This document shows positions 50,390 to 64,000 of a stretch of 64,000 nucleotides of DNA, piece by piece (the first letter of the stretch is position 1; each line of letters begins with the position of its first letter). Made by a program: the position numbers and the translations under genes. This DNA comes from Convolutriloba macropyga (taxonomy: Eukaryota): contig NC_134479.1 in NCBI RefSeq assembly GCF_964194025.1, positions 50,902,001 through 50,966,000 of the forward strand. The letters run 5' to 3'. The notes under the pieces are model-generated. The model saw only the letters and a list, made by a program, of their open reading frames with translations. It did not search any database and was not told where the DNA came from.

Positions 50390-51090
50390 TTTTAATGGCT
50401 TCGGCACTTTTTCCTCGAACTTTTCTATTCTTTTTTTTTGTTTTGCCTGTTTTTGCTGTATTTTTCATAGTCATAAGAATTCTTTTGATGATTTTTTGAT
50501 GATTTTGAAGGGCAGATAACATTGCATTCCCATCAAGGCTAAACTTAGCGTTTTTATTGAATTCTATTGAGAACTATTGAACTTCTTGACTTTGATACTA
50601 CGGGTTCTGATGTCGTGGTTTTATTATTTGATTCAAATTTGTCGATTTTTTGGTCAGTTCGTTCCCATAAAACAATTCCATTGCTGCTAAAATTATAAAT
50701 GAAAATGAAAAACATTTAGTGAGTGGTTTGTTTTTTAATGGCTGCTCCTGGAACTTTTCCTATAGTTTTTGTTGTTTTGTCTGTAGTTTTTGTGTTTTTT
50801 ATGGTCATAAGACTTCTTGCGATGAGTTACTGATAACTTTGGAACGACTGATAACATTGCCTTCCCATCAAGACTAAATTTGGCGTATTTATTTATGTAT
50901 TCTATTGAGAACTATTGATCTTCTTGGCTTTGATACTACGGGTTTTGATGTCGTGGTTTTATTATTTTTGTTCAAACTTGTCGTTTTTCTGAGTCAGTTC
51001 GTTAAAATAAAAACAATTCTATTGCTGCTGAAAGTATAATTGTAAATAAAAAAAATTTTAATGAGTGGTTCGTTTTTTAATGGCTGCAAC
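50390..51090. repeat. About 345-bp tandem repeat, 2 copies
   Basis: TTTTAATGGCT recurs at about 50391, 50733 and 51075. Both units share GATAACATTGC.TTCCCATCAAG and TTCTATTGAGAACTATTGA. Confidence 0.9.
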
Positions 51091-52302
51091 ATTTTTCTCT
51101 CATCTTTTTTTGAGTTAGCTATTTTTTCCCTCCGTTTTTGACATTTATGTAGTCGTAAAGTTTTTTCCAATTGCTGAGAGATCTCATAGGCTTCTAATTG
51201 AGAATTGAATTAAATTATTTAATGTAGTCAAGGCACAGCTGAAGGTCTTAAAGTTTCTGATAGTTGTTTTCAATTGTTTTTTAAACTTTCCAGTTTTTGT
51301 TGTTCTTTTCGTCAACTTGTAACTTCTGTGCATCATTGGTAGGTCCATTCCGCTTCCTTGTAACTCAAACTTTAACGTGTTTTTTGACATTATGTGTTAA
51401 CTCTTGTTTTTGTGTTATTGGTCAACAAGCATTTTCATAACTACTTTGTGAGTGATCACCATTTGTGCTTTTTTTGTCTTCTTTTTAGCAAATTCGCATT
51501 ATAACATACGCCAATGGTTTGCAAATGAAACCAAGGTGATCAAATTTAACCCTACAGTTTAATTTCAACGTTTTTAGTTTTAGTTTAAATCACAATTGAA
51601 GTAGGAAACATAACAATCAGATAACAGCTAATGATCTAATTACCTAAATAATTTTAGTTTTTGAAAACTGGTTGTTTTTTTAGTTCTCCAGCACCATTAA
51701 AGAAAAGTTCGATCTGCTTTGTAATTAAGAAAAAGTAAATTTGTGTAACTGGGGTTTTGTCTGGTTGTAATTTGATATTGTAACTTTTTGATTTAAAATT
51801 ACATATTTATTTCTCGCCGTAAAACTTTTATTTTTGCTTATTTATTCTGTTGTTTGTTTTTTTCTCGAAGTCTTTTTATTTACAGATCTCGTGAGCGCAG
51901 TAATGAGACTTGGCATTACGTAATTCAATTAGCAGTTAGGTTGTTAAATGATTTTTTAAAACTCAAACATCTATTTTTGTTATCTCTTCATTTGGTTGAC
52001 AATTAAGTCAAAATATAGATGAGCTCGGGTCGGAACATCAATAGCAAACGCACATTAACGAGCCTCTTTGTTTTAATATTAGGCCATATACAATGATGGC
52101 AACTCCCGCCAGAATAGGAATAAGAATGCACTGCTTTTTTCATCTAGAACAAAATAAACGATAGATGAATTTTAAAGAGGTGCCATAGCAAGTGCACCTG
52201 TTATTACCGCCATAAAAGCAAAAAACCACATCCTAAGCGCATAAAACGACTTTATGTCGCCAGATCGCAAAAGATTTTCAAAATTTTTTTTTAATTTTTT
52301 AG

Positions 52303-52448
52303 GTAGCCCTGTTTATCCATTAGACGCAGATGAAGAACCAATTTGCCTGTACGGTATTGTAAGCTATGGGTGGCATAACTGCACATTATATAGTGCCCAT
52401 ACACGGATTCCCTTCTTCCTAGATTGGATAGAGACCAACATGGATTGA
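52303..52448 (+). CDS. Terminal exon of the trypsin-family protease (GSPVYPLDADEEPICLYGIVSYGWHNCTLYSAHTRIPFFLDWIETNMD*)
   Basis: Acceptor ttaattttttag|GT, phase 1. S1A C-terminal motifs GIVSYG and TRI...LDWI. TGA stop. Confidence 0.92.
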
Positions 52449-53596
52449 AATATGACTAGCGAAAGAAATTCCAACTTCTCTCTCTGTAAAATGGTTTGGT
52501 GAAGGGAACCTCTGAACTACTGAAAACTGCAAACGATCGCATAATTTCAATGAATAGCTTATTAGAGTTTGGAAAGAAAACATGAGAAGGCTGCTGGAAT
52601 GAAAGTTGACATGAACTATCAGTAGATCTGAAAAGTACATGATTCAGACAGAAACTTGGTTCCTCAGTCGCTCTGAAGCTGAAAAACAGAAGGCTCTCAG
52701 TGATCTTTTTTCATTGAGCAAAAACTGCTCAATCGAATAACTTTTTATACAACAAAAATCAGAAGCACAATTTTTTTTCAAAGCATGTTAATTTACAGAA
52801 TTTGAAATGTTCACAATGATGTACGTTCCCTTGCAGAAAAATGCAAAGAGATAAAAACACATTTTATCCGTAAAGACAAAGCTAAGAAAGTTGTGTTTGT
52901 GCAAAGAGTTCAAATGTAGCATCAAGCAGTACAATTTCAGTGCAAATTTGTGCATTATTCCAGGAAAAATTCATAGAAATGAAGAGATATTAAGGAAAAC
53001 TTAAGTGGTTATTTTTCACTCTTCGGCTTGCTACGCCAAGATTTCAATTTCAAATCTTTTTCTCTTGTGTGATAATTTCTCTTATATTACGCCGAGTGCA
53101 ATCTGAGTTCGTATAATATGGAAGGCTTTGCGCCAGTCTGGTTATTATAAGCAGTGGTTTTTTGTCGCTCTAATGGGAAAGCATTATGTTATTTGCTATA
53201 GTTACTTTCCCAGCTTGAAGAAGCGTTGATAGCTATTTACTATGAAAAGAACAAATTTTAGGAGATTTAGATTGGCTAACTTTTTATTGGTTTTGTTTTA
53301 GTATCAGTTGAATTCAACGCTGTGTAACTTTTTGCAACTGTGTTTAAGCAACTTTTCTCAGAATAAAGCAACTTTTCCCAGAATAAATTGTCTCAGGATA
53401 TCTAGAACACAATTGAAATGAGTTGATAGAAAGCAAAGAACGAGAAAAATACGCGCTTAGAGATTTTGTTCGATTGGGAGCAAAAATTGAGCAAAAAGTT
53501 TGACAAACCAAAATTAAGCAAAAACACTCTGAAACTAAAGGCAATAATAGCCACTTTTACGAAGCGATAAATGTATTCAAATTGAACGGATGCGTC

Positions 53597-53890
53597 ACAT
53601 GTCCGTAACTTTGAAGGAAATTAAAAGAAGAGATTGCTAAGGTTGCAAGCGTAGTTCGAGGATAATTTTTAATGTCTTGCCAAATTCCTGGACCCGTTTT
53701 ATTGCTCAGCCATATTCTGAGACAACCTTTTTTGCCCAGCCGAAATCCAGGACACGTTTTATTGTCTATAACCAAATTCGAGGACGGTTGTTTATGTTCC
53801 GGCCAAAGAGGAGGACATCAATTAAAGTCCAGACAAATTCTTTTCTCATGCTGAAAATCTATTCAGGACTGTCTTTTCAAGCTTATATTT
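53597..53890 (-). repeat. Second, inverted copy of the 28-29-bp-unit dispersed repeat
   Basis: ACATGTCC...TTGAAGGAAATT...CAGCC.AATTCCAGGAC units are the reverse complement of 29385-29650. Confidence 0.8.
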
Positions 53891-55994
53891 TTCGCGGGCG
53901 GTCAACAGTGAAAAACCTGAGAGAGACAAAACACTTGAATTACTATCATACAGGTACAAGTACCAGAAAAATGTAACCAACATTACATTATTATGACAGA
54001 AACCTGTATTCAAATGTTATTCAAATGAGAATGAATCAGTCACCTGATAATTTGGAATTGTTAAATTTTAACTAATAAGTGATTTGCAGGAAGTGCGGAA
54101 AAGTTGGGGAAGCCCTGCAACCGTTAATTCTTTTCTTGTCAAATTGACTACGGATATTTTCAGTTTGTCCCCCTCCCTAAAGTTGAGTTATAGCATATTA
54201 TGTACATCCGTTGAGTGAACAAGCCGGTGAATGAATTACTACTTGATGATAAGCTATCTGCTGGCGCCTGCTCTGTTACTGGGAGTAAAAACGCATAGAG
54301 TAAAAACGCGTCATAGATTTAAAAAAGCCCTGAATCAACGATGACAAATTTGGCAAAGTTTTTTTTTATGAATTGTCGATTTGAACAAGCGCTAACAATG
54401 TAAACAACTGACAGTAAATGTTCCAAAAGGTAATTTTGCCTAAAGTAAACAGAAAAAAATATTAAGTTAATAAATTTCTTAAGTTGTTTATTTTATGATG
54501 TTTTAGGTGATCATTAAAGATCAAATACCGTATGTTCAAGGCATTTAGAGCCTCGTAATAATCATCTGCGCTTATGTCAATAAAAGTAATTATTGCAGTA
54601 ATTTGACATTTACTATGTAAACAATGAACTAAATCATTTCCTTGATTAACCAATCAGAAACAAGTAGCAATGATGTTATAAAGGATAAATATTTGCTTAT
54701 CTAATTTAACCGAATTGTTTGATTAGTGAAACCGAATTGTATTTAGAACCATTAGAAACTGTTATACGGAGCAGTTGGCTCTCAGATTTACTAAAATTTG
54801 GTTCTTTAGCAACTTCAGTCTTTTTTGCTAAGTTTTGGTAGATCTTAAGATCTTGCGAGTTTTAAGTTTGTTTAGCTTACTTGACGAGAATTTAGCAACA
54901 TCACTGACCATGGTTGAAGCCTTACAAACTTCAGCACAAGATTGAACATAGACTATCACGAAGGATTTTCTTAACCGCAATCAACAAAATTAAAATTACA
55001 GTCCTTCAATACGTCCGAGTGACTAATAATTCTGCGAGATTGTTAGTCAATCGAAACCTGTAAAGAACCAGGCTGGCGTAAATCTCGAGAACCAGGCTGA
55101 GGTATATGGATTCCGTTGAGATTCTTGAGCAGCCGCAACACATTGCATCTAACCAAAACAGGAAAAAGGTCCAGTGCCCACCATTACAGTTTTATAAAGA
55201 ATTGACAACAGAAATTCAAATTATTCAAGCCCCCCTTGCACCTCTACGGTTCTAATTTTCGAACATCGGTTTAAAACAAAAGAAAAAGCCAGTTTTGGAA
55301 TCTTTTATATTTCCCCCACCTTTCTTTTAGGTTACTGCATCTTATTTAAACCCCTCAAAAAAAACACGCGCCCTAATTTTACAAAAACGGATTACTATGC
55401 AGTGGCACGTGCACCGTAAAAGTAGGGGGTTGTCGAACTCTTTTTGTCTGATGTAGGCTTTTGTTACGCGAGCGTGTTTTTTACGAATTGGATTTCGCTG
55501 GGCAAAATTACAACTGTAATTCTATTATTGAACATGCGGCGCAAAATCAAGAAAGAGAGAAGCAACTGAAGTTGAAATAAAAAAATGAAGCAAATAACTG
55601 CAGTGGTTAAAAACAAGTGTGATAAAGTGATCAGACGTGTCTGATTACGAGGCGGGAAAAAGTAGAAAAGATGAGTGAAATTAAGTTGAAGCGGGAAACG
55701 TGAAATAAACAAATGAAGATGAAATAGGGATAAAGGATAAACTAAAAGAATCTAAATTATAGCAATTTAAAAAATTTTACTGCACGAAATAAATTGAACA
55801 GTAAATAATGAATACAGGTATCACAAACCCATTGTGTGAAAAAGATTGAACAATTAGGGCATTTTTTCTAGTACAATAATAACAATTTTTACAAACTAGT
55901 ACTTGGTCCCCGGTTAAAGAAATAGTACAAATGTATTTGCTGGTTATCATAGCTAATAATATGAATATAAAACGTTATAACGTGTACTTGAGTT

Positions 55995-58900
55995 TTTATT
56001 TGGAGTTGTCTTGGTTTTCGGCTTCATTTAACGTCATCAAAATTATGTCCTCCTAGAGTGTGACGGAGCCCTCTGGTCTGCTAACAGGTGAACTCGCGGT
56101 TCGCATTAGAGACAGCTAATAGTTGAACTCGCGGAAGAGACGCATTGCCGATGTTTGGTGATATATTTCCGTCATCCGGGATTTGCTCTGCAATCGATTG
56201 CACTGTTTCCACCACCGAAACGTCGGTCGACTGGAAACGGTCGACTGCATGGTCTTTTGGAGCTGCTGTAATACCCGAATCTATGGAAAAGTTTTCTAAG
56301 CAGTAGTAAGATGGGCTGCGGCAATCTCTGTCAGAGGAATGCTTGTTTGTGTTGCTGAGCTCGTCGTTGGCGGAACTTGTTGTAATGCAGATGTTGATGC
56401 ATTTGGGGATGGTATCACAAGTTCTTCTTGCGAATCCGGTTTGATGACACCGAGCTCGTTTCGCAGAGCAGAAAAGTTAGGCAAATTAGGGATGCGCTAC
56501 CGCATCGCGAATGCAAAGTTGGAACGAGAAGAAGATACGCCAAAGCTTGTTTGTTGTTTTCTGTTTACATATTCACAGCTGGTGAAAAATAGTCCTTAAT
56601 GCATGCTTTATTTTGAACGAATTTGTAGCCAATTTTTCTTCTTTGATACATGTGAGTCTGTTCATAATTGTTTGTTTTAGTCTTTCTACCAAACCGATTG
56701 CCCAATGGCCGTTAACGGGAGCGTCAACAGTTTCAATATTATTTTTGTTGCAGAAGGTCTTGACTTGGTGCCCTAGAGTAAATTTTGCTTGATCCAGACG
56801 AATATAACGTGGAATTCCGTGATTTTCATTGTACATGTCCAAAAATTGTAATACATTAGGATCATTAGCTTTTTCATAGGAAGGAAAATTTGAAAATTGG
56901 TCTATTGCATCTAAAGGTTTTTTTTTCATTTCCATTTTCATCAAAAATTGGTGCCCCAATATCAATTTCTATTTCTTGGTTCAGTTCAGCTCACTGTATT
57001 TGAGGTCGAAATTGCGTATCGAGAATTACATATTTAAGATTCTTACCAAATACATTACAAGGTTTACATTTTGTGGATTTGGCTATTAATTCCCGGTTCA
57101 TGTTTACCCACCAGTGCGTGGCCATACACAACATTCCCCAGGTAACAGGGCGGCTCGCGTTGAGGTTGTATATGAGCGCCTCTCGTAGTACATTTGGGAT
57201 CGCAATCTTTTCGTGAATGCAAACGCAACCAACGCAAATATGTATATCGCGCCAATACGAATGAATGTATGGGTTGGATTCTTTCAACCTCGCTTCGTTG
57301 TTTGTCAGGTTGCAGTAGCGCACCTCTTCGAGGACCGCGTCTTTACTAGTTATTGATGTTATAAGGGATTTGCTAAACACATTCCCTATAATGTTATTGA
57401 AGGTTGGTATTTGTGGGCTTGGGGTTAGGGGTGTGCTAGCTTCAAATGATGCCTCAGTGGAAGTTGGTGTAGTGGGTTTTAGGGAGGAGTGGCTCTGCGA
57501 AAGAACTAGAAGGAATAGAGTGTGGATTCGCTGGGCGATGGGAGTCATAAACTGGACTCGGGTGAGTCATCGCTTCTTGGGAGTCATAGTGATTGAATTC
57601 ATTGAATTAGCAATATCAAGTTTAGCGACAATAAATTGATCATTGCAAGCGAAAACTCTATTAGATTTTTGTTTAAGGTGTTTAGATATACAGTCAACTA
57701 CGCCCACTTTGGCACCTGGCATATGCTCAATTTCAAAATAATAGGGTAAAAATCTATCTACCCAACGGATTAACCGACTATTGTATAACATATAAGAACG
57801 ATTTTTTTATAGGATTGAAAGAAGAGCCCTATGTTCTGTTATATCTTTCGGCTTTCATCCATCTACTGTTAATTGTTCGAGAGCGGCTCCGAGTCCGGAA
57901 CGAGATGCATATACTTAACACGCGTTACGAGTTGCTGATTATACTGAAAATTTTTGATTGCATTCAAAATGCTATTCCTTATCCCAATATAACAGTTTTC
58001 ATGTATTTAACTCCAAACATATTTAGGTGATTTTTTCAACAAGGGACGTAGTGGATGACTAATTTGTGGAAGATTTGGAATAAAATTACTTATGAAATGT
58101 ACTGAACCAAGAAAACAACGGATTTTTTTTTGGTGTTTTTGCTACTCCAAGATTCAAAATGGCAGACGTTTTGCTTTTGATCGGTGAAATAACCCATTGT
58201 GATTTAAGATAACTAAGCCTGTCAATTTCTAATTTAGCGAAATGACATTCTGGGAGATTAATTCTAAGATTTTCGTCATCCAATCTTTTGAGACAATTTA
58301 ATACATATTGTTTTTGATCTTCTTTTTTTCCCTTTGCCGACAATTAAAATGTCGTCAAGAAAACAATATGTATTTTTAAACCAACTAAAGTGTAATCTTT
58401 TGAAATTCCGCCGGCATTTTTGTTAAACTGTAAAATCCAGATTGAAATCTGTATGTGCCTGTCATGTCGCCGCTCACTATATTGAATTTACAACGATTAG
58501 CTGTAAAGGGGTCTAGGTTTAGCTGACTGTACATATTATGTACCCGCAGCTGACTCTTCGTATTTCAAGTCCAATGTAGAAAAATAGATGATGTTTTTCG
58601 ATGCGGGCTCACTAATCTGGACTTGTTTGAGAAAATTTGTCGTTGTGGTATAGCGGCTTCGCGTACCTAAAACGCATGTTTAGTGCTGTTGACCACCCAC
58701 GTTGCGAGTGATTGGTTTTGGAAAACTGCAGCCGCTTCCGGATTCGACAAGTAGTGTTGTGGAAACTTTGCCGATTTTGATCGGCATGTGTAGGGTTCTA
58801 TTTTTGCGAGGTCATCATGAATTGTGGACACCATGTCGTCCTGGCCGCTACTATAGTCGAATTCGTAAAGTTTTGCTGATTGCAAGAAATTGACAGAATC

Positions 58901-59902
58901 TTCTGGGTGTGGTTCTTCATCCACATCCACATTGTTTACTGACTTTTTCTTTGGGTTCTGTGGTTTTTTCAGTTGTTGCAGGTTTTGTTCTGGTGAGACA
59001 TTTGTCCCGTTGACTAGGAAGCCAATTTCCACCACAATTTGAACAGTAAAGCGGGACGGCTGCCTTGCTTGTGGAAATTATATGAAAGTAACCAGTTCGA
59101 TGATCGAGTACTGGGTGTATACTAAATTGTGTTACGCTATCCGGGATGAGGGTCTTATTGTGTTTTTGAATATGATGTTGGTTGCTTTTTCCAATTACCA
59201 GGTTTATTGCTAAATCCCTCGCTTGTTGCGGCTCTACCGTCTGTCTGAGAGGTTCCTTTTGAATCTCAGGATAAATCAGATTCTTAATGAACACGTCCAT
59301 GATCAGGGTTTCTTCCTTGTTCTCATAGTCACGACTTTTGGATGAATCTTTGCGTTTCCCTTAGAAGTGTTCAACTGTTCCTCCACTAATTTGCTTCGTG
59401 ATTAGGAAAACATATCTATCCAAAATGACATTTTTGGTCAAATGAACGCATCCTCTGCTATTTTCCAGAACTCGGCAGTCAATCATTATATGCGGATTTT
59501 TGCCATTCAGAATCCTGCGCCCCTCTACACCAAAATTTAGATAGAGTAAGGAAACTGTTTTTCGGTTCGCGAGTGGCCACTGTTTCTCCCCACATATGAT
59601 TCCATTTTCAATCAATCTTTGCATTTATTATGCTCTTTATTTGTTGGGAATTGCGAGCATATCGTTCCCGTTCAGATTTGAAGATGCTTCTACGATTGTT
59701 TTTTCATAGATTGGTTCCAGGGGAAGTTCAAGCACCTCGGGTTTCGGACTGAAAAATTATCAAGTATGGTATTTTCTTTAGCAAGTAGCGCTCATTTATA
59801 TTGAACTCTCCACTTCTCCCATCTGAGAGTTAAGTCGAGTGTCGGTTTGTCACAGAATGCGTCAAGTCCAAGTGGTGTTATTTTGTTTGCTGACTGCGCC
59901 AT
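55995..59902 (-). pseudogene. Element 3 gag-pol remnant (left copy, includes integrase)
   Basis: MAQSANKITPLGLDAF, CFLDDI, EHMPGAK, YIHSYWRDI, IRLDQA, GLVER, EAENQDNSK*. Large deletions across PR/RT and after the IN core. Confidence 0.85.
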
Positions 59903-60229
59903 GTCGTACTCTACTTATTTCATGTAGGCTTTTGCTGCGCGAGAGCGTGTTTCTTTTACAAATTGGATTTCGCTGGGCAAAATCAGAAGTCTAATTCTAA
60001 TTTTTAACTTGCTGAATTCTATTTTGATCTTTATTAATTCAATAAAGAGAGAAGCAAATAATTAAGAATTAAAAAATGACGCGAAAAAATCATGTGGATA
60101 TATCCAAGTGTGATCAGGTGATCAGACGTGTCTTGACACGAGGCGGGAAACACTAGACAAGATGAATGAAATTAACTCGAAGCGTGAAACGTGAAACAAA
60201 CAAATGAAGATGAAATAGGAATTAAGGGT

Positions 60230-62999
60230 ATTTTTTTTCTGGTTTGCGACTTTTGGAAAGATGCTTGAAATGTCTATTAATTAAATGAAAATAAGGCTCA
60301 TAGAGTTGAGTTTCTTGCCCCGCGGAATATTTTTCATTCTGAATTAGTAAAGAATGCTTAAAATGATGTACTTTTTGGCATTCATTAATGAATTTTGAGA
60401 TCTGGGGGATAAATGAAACTCATGCTTGTGTAAGCGAGGGTCAAATATGCTAATTGTTCTTATTGAACTTATGATAGATTCACTATTAGCTGTGATTTGT
60501 GGTGCGGGATTATACATTTTTAGCAAATTTTGCAAACGGGATGCGGATTTGCTAGATTTTAAATTTAGAGACTCTGCATATGCGGAAATAATATCAAGTT
60601 TAGCGACAATAAATTGATCATTGCAAGCGAAAACTCTTTTAGATTTTTGTTTAGGGTGTTTACATATGCAGTCAACTACGCCCACTTTGGCACCTGGCAT
60701 ATGCTCAATTTCAAAATAATAGGGTAAAAATCTATCTACCCAACGGATTAACCGACTATTGTATAACATATTAGAACGATTTTTTATAGGATTGAAAATA
60801 GAGCCCTATGTTCTGTTATATCTTAAAATTATTTGCGTACAAATAGTTTTTGAACTATTCGATGGACCAAATTACATCCAGGAGTTCTAATTTGGTAACA
60901 CTGTATCTCTCTTCACAAGAATTTAGAAACTTAGATATGAGAGCGATCGGCTTTCATCCATCTACTGTTAATTGTTCGAGAGCGGCTCCGAGTCCGGAAC
61001 GAGATGCATATACTTAACACGCGTTACGAGTTGCAGATTATACTGAAAATTTTTGGTTGCATTCAAAATGCGATTCCTTATCTCAATATAACAGATTTCA
61101 TGTATTTAACTCCAAATATATTTAGGTGATTTTTTCAACAAGGGACGTAGTGGATGACTAATTTGCGCAAGATTTGGAATAAAATTACTTATGAAATGTA
61201 CTGAACCAAGAAAACAACGGAGTTTTTTTGGTGTTTTTGCTACTTCAAGATTCAAAATGGCAGACGTTTTGCATTTGATCGGTGAAATAACCCATTGTGA
61301 TTTAAGATAACTAAGCCTGTCAATTTCTAATTTAGTGAACTGACATTCTGGGAGATTAATTCTAAGATTTTCGTCATCCAATTTTTTGAGACAATTTAAT
61401 ACATATTGTTTTTGATCTTATTTTTTTCCTTTACTGAAAATTAAAATGTCGTCAAGAAAACAATATATATATTTTTAAACCAACTAAAGTGTAATCTTTT
61501 GAAATTCCGCTGGTATTTCTGTTAAACTGTAAAATCCAGATTGAAATCTGTATGTGCCTGTCATGTCGCCGCTCATTATATTAAATTCACAATGATTAGC
61601 TGTAACGGGGTCTAGGTTTAGCTGACTGTATATATTATGTACCCGCAGCTGACTCTTCGTATTTCAAGTCCAATGTAGAAAAATAGATGGTGTTTTTCGA
61701 TGCGGGCTCACTAATCTGGACTTGTTTGAGAAAATTTGTCGTTGTGGTATAGCGGCTCCGCGTACCTAAAACGCATGTGTAGTGCTGTTGACCACCCACG
61801 TTGCGAGTGATTGGTTTTGGAAAACTGCAGGCGCTTCCGGAGTCGTGTAGTGTTGTGGAAATGTTGCCGATTTTGATCGCCCTGTGTAGGGTTCTCTTTT
61901 TGCGAGGTTATCATGAATTGTGGACACCATGTCATCCTGGCCGCTACTATAGTCGAATTCGTAAAGTTTTGCTGATTGTAAGAAATTGACAGAATCTTCT
62001 GGGTGTGGTTCTTCATCCACATCCACATTGTTTACTGACTTTTTCTTTGGGTTCTGTGGTTTTTTCAGTTGTTGCAGGTTTTGTTCTGGTGACACATTTG
62101 TCCCGGTGACTAGGAAGCCAATTTCCACCACAATTTGAACAATAAAGCGGGACGGCTGCCTTGCTTGTGGAAATTATTTGAAAGTAACCAGTTCGATGAT
62201 CGAGAAATGGGTGTATACTAAATTGTGTTACGCTATCCGGGATGAGGGTCTTATTGTGTTTTTGAATATGATGTTGGTTGCTTTTTCCAATTACCAGGTT
62301 TATTGCCAATTCCCTCGCTTGTTGCGGCTCTACCGTCTGTCTGAGAGGTTCCTTTTGAATCTCAGGATAAATCAGATTCTTAATGAACACGTCCATGATC
62401 AGGGTTTCTTCCTTGTTCTCATAGTCACGACTTTTGGCTGAATCTTTGCGTTTCCCTTAGAAGTGTTCAAATGTTCCTCCACTAATTTGCCTCGTGATTA
62501 TGAAAAAATATCTATCCAAAATGACATTTTTGGTCAAATGAACGCATCGCCTGCTATTTTCCAGAACTCGGCAGTCAATCATTATATGCGGATTTTTGCC
62601 ATTCAGAATCTGGCGCCCTTCTGCACCAAAATTTAGGTAGAGTAATGAAACTGTTTTTCGGCTCGCGAGTGGCCACTGTTTGTCCCCACACATGATTCCA
62701 TTTTCAATCAATCTTTGGCATTTATTATGCTCATTATTAGTTGGCAATTGCGAGCATATCGTTCCCGTTCAGATTTGAAGATGCTTCTACGATTGTTTAT
62801 TCATAGATTGGTTCCAGGGGAAGTTCATGCACCTAGGGTTTCGGACTGAAAAATTATCAAGTATGATATTTTCTTGAGCAAGTAGCGCTCAATTATATTG
62901 AACTCTCCACTTCTCCTATCTGAGAAGTAGGTCGAGTGTCGGTTTGTCCCAGAATGCGTCGAGTCCCAGTGGTGTTATTTTGTTTGCTGACTGCGCCAT
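60230..62999 (-). pseudogene. Element 3 gag-pol remnant (right copy, gag to RNase H linker)
   Basis: Near-duplicate ORFs of 57612-59902. It shares the PR/RT deletion but keeps RH and linker segments lost from the left copy. Confidence 0.85.
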
Positions 63000-64000
63000 G
63001 TCGTACTCTACTTATTTCATGTAGGCTTTTGCTACGCGAGAGCGTGTTTCTTTTACAAATTGGATTTCGCTGGGCAAAATCAGAAGTGTAATTCTATTAT
63101 TAAACTTGCTGAATTCTATTTTGTTCTTTATTAATTCAATAAAGAGAGAAGCAACTAATTAAGAATTAAAAAATGACGCGAATAAATCATGTGGATATAT
63201 ACAAGTGTGATCAGGTGATCAGACGTGTCTTGACACGAGGCGGGAAACACTAGACAAGATGAATGAAATTAACTCGAAGCGGGAAACGTGAAACAAACAA
63301 ATGAAGACGAAATAGGAATTAAGGGTAAACTAAAATGAACTAAATTATATCATTGTAATAAATTTTACTAAAAAAATTGAACATTAAATCATGAATAAAG
63401 GTATCACAGGGGCCAATGATATACTATGGGAAGCAGACTGAAAAAATGAAACTTTCTCTAACAATGTCCGATTCAATTTTAAAAGAGATCAAGGATTTTG
63501 AACAATTTTGGAGTAGCAATCATACAAATGATTGTCAATTTTTCTTGGATTTTAGACCAGGCATTTTTCAAATTCCGAGGAGCTTGCGAGCAAACAAATA
63601 TATTGTTATTATTTCAAGTTTGTTATAATAATGCTGACTTCAAATTTTTGTGCGAGAGTGCAAAGTGGATTTGAGCAACACTAGCTAATTGAAATTTTAT
63701 GCCAGATTCATATTGATAACAAACTAGCTAATAGAAATTACGCAGATTCATATTGATAACAAACGCAAACCAACTCTATACGAAAAACTATGTTGAGCAA
63801 TAACAAATTTACAAACAGATGTCCATGTTTCAAACACAACCCAATTCTCATAGAAGGGTCAATACTGCTTTCAATTACGCTTTGGAATTTTACAAAACAG
63901 TAGTTGCAATTTTCATCTTTCGTGCAATTAATTTGTAAAATTTCTAGCTAAAGTAGGAATAATTTTGAGAATCTATATGAATCACAAGAAAGCAGTGGGA

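Larger units (their letters stand above)
23715..52302 (+). other. 28,588-bp GT-AG intron of the protease gene, filled with transposons
   Basis: Joining G(23714) to GT(52303) restores GDSGSP. I saw no other matching terminal exon in between. Confidence 0.75.
55431..63408 (-). mobile_element. Ty3/Gypsy LTR retrotransposon (Mag-like), element 3, old, with duplicated 5' half and a third partial LTR
   Basis: 5' LTR at 62999-63408, 3' LTR at 55431-55825 (TGTGATAC...CGACA on minus), partial LTR at 59902-60229. TSD GGGGT/GGGGC. PBS TGGCGCAGTCAGCA at 62985-62998 and 59888-59901. Decayed gag/RT/RH/IN homologous to elements 1-2. Confidence 0.92.

Overview
AT-rich, repeat-dense eukaryotic (animal-like) DNA. 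I see no prokaryotic operons, rRNA, intact tRNA or CRISPR. The only host gene is a + strand trypsin-family (S1A) serine protease. It has a duplicated Asp102 exon (20761-20987 and about 21057-21282), a 90-nt exon with GDSG (23625-23714) and a terminal exon (52303-52448). A 28.6-kb GT-AG intron separates the last two exons; I did not find the His57 exon in the window. The rest is mobile or repeated DNA: a 2.6-kb foldback element, two degenerate satellites, a 5-unit 1.2-1.4-kb tandem array, an L2/CR1-group LINE, L1-like relics, several MITE-like elements (two with tRNA A/B boxes), a spacerless 315-bp palindrome and three related Mag-like Ty3/Gypsy LTR retrotransposons. The LTR family is the most interesting part. 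(i) Its Gag ATG is built from the last base of the LTR plus the first two bases of the tRNA-Ser primer-binding site. (ii) Its single gag-pol frame carries conserved, same-phase candidate splice sites and sharp GC steps that could splice out the RT/RNase H and/or integrase core in frame, joining upstream domains to a long C-terminal extension. (iii) An LTR hairpin motif recurs in a long RNase H-integrase linker, suggesting an internal promoter. Points (i)-(iii) are sequence-based hypotheses that need RNA data. All identities and GC values are hand estimates.
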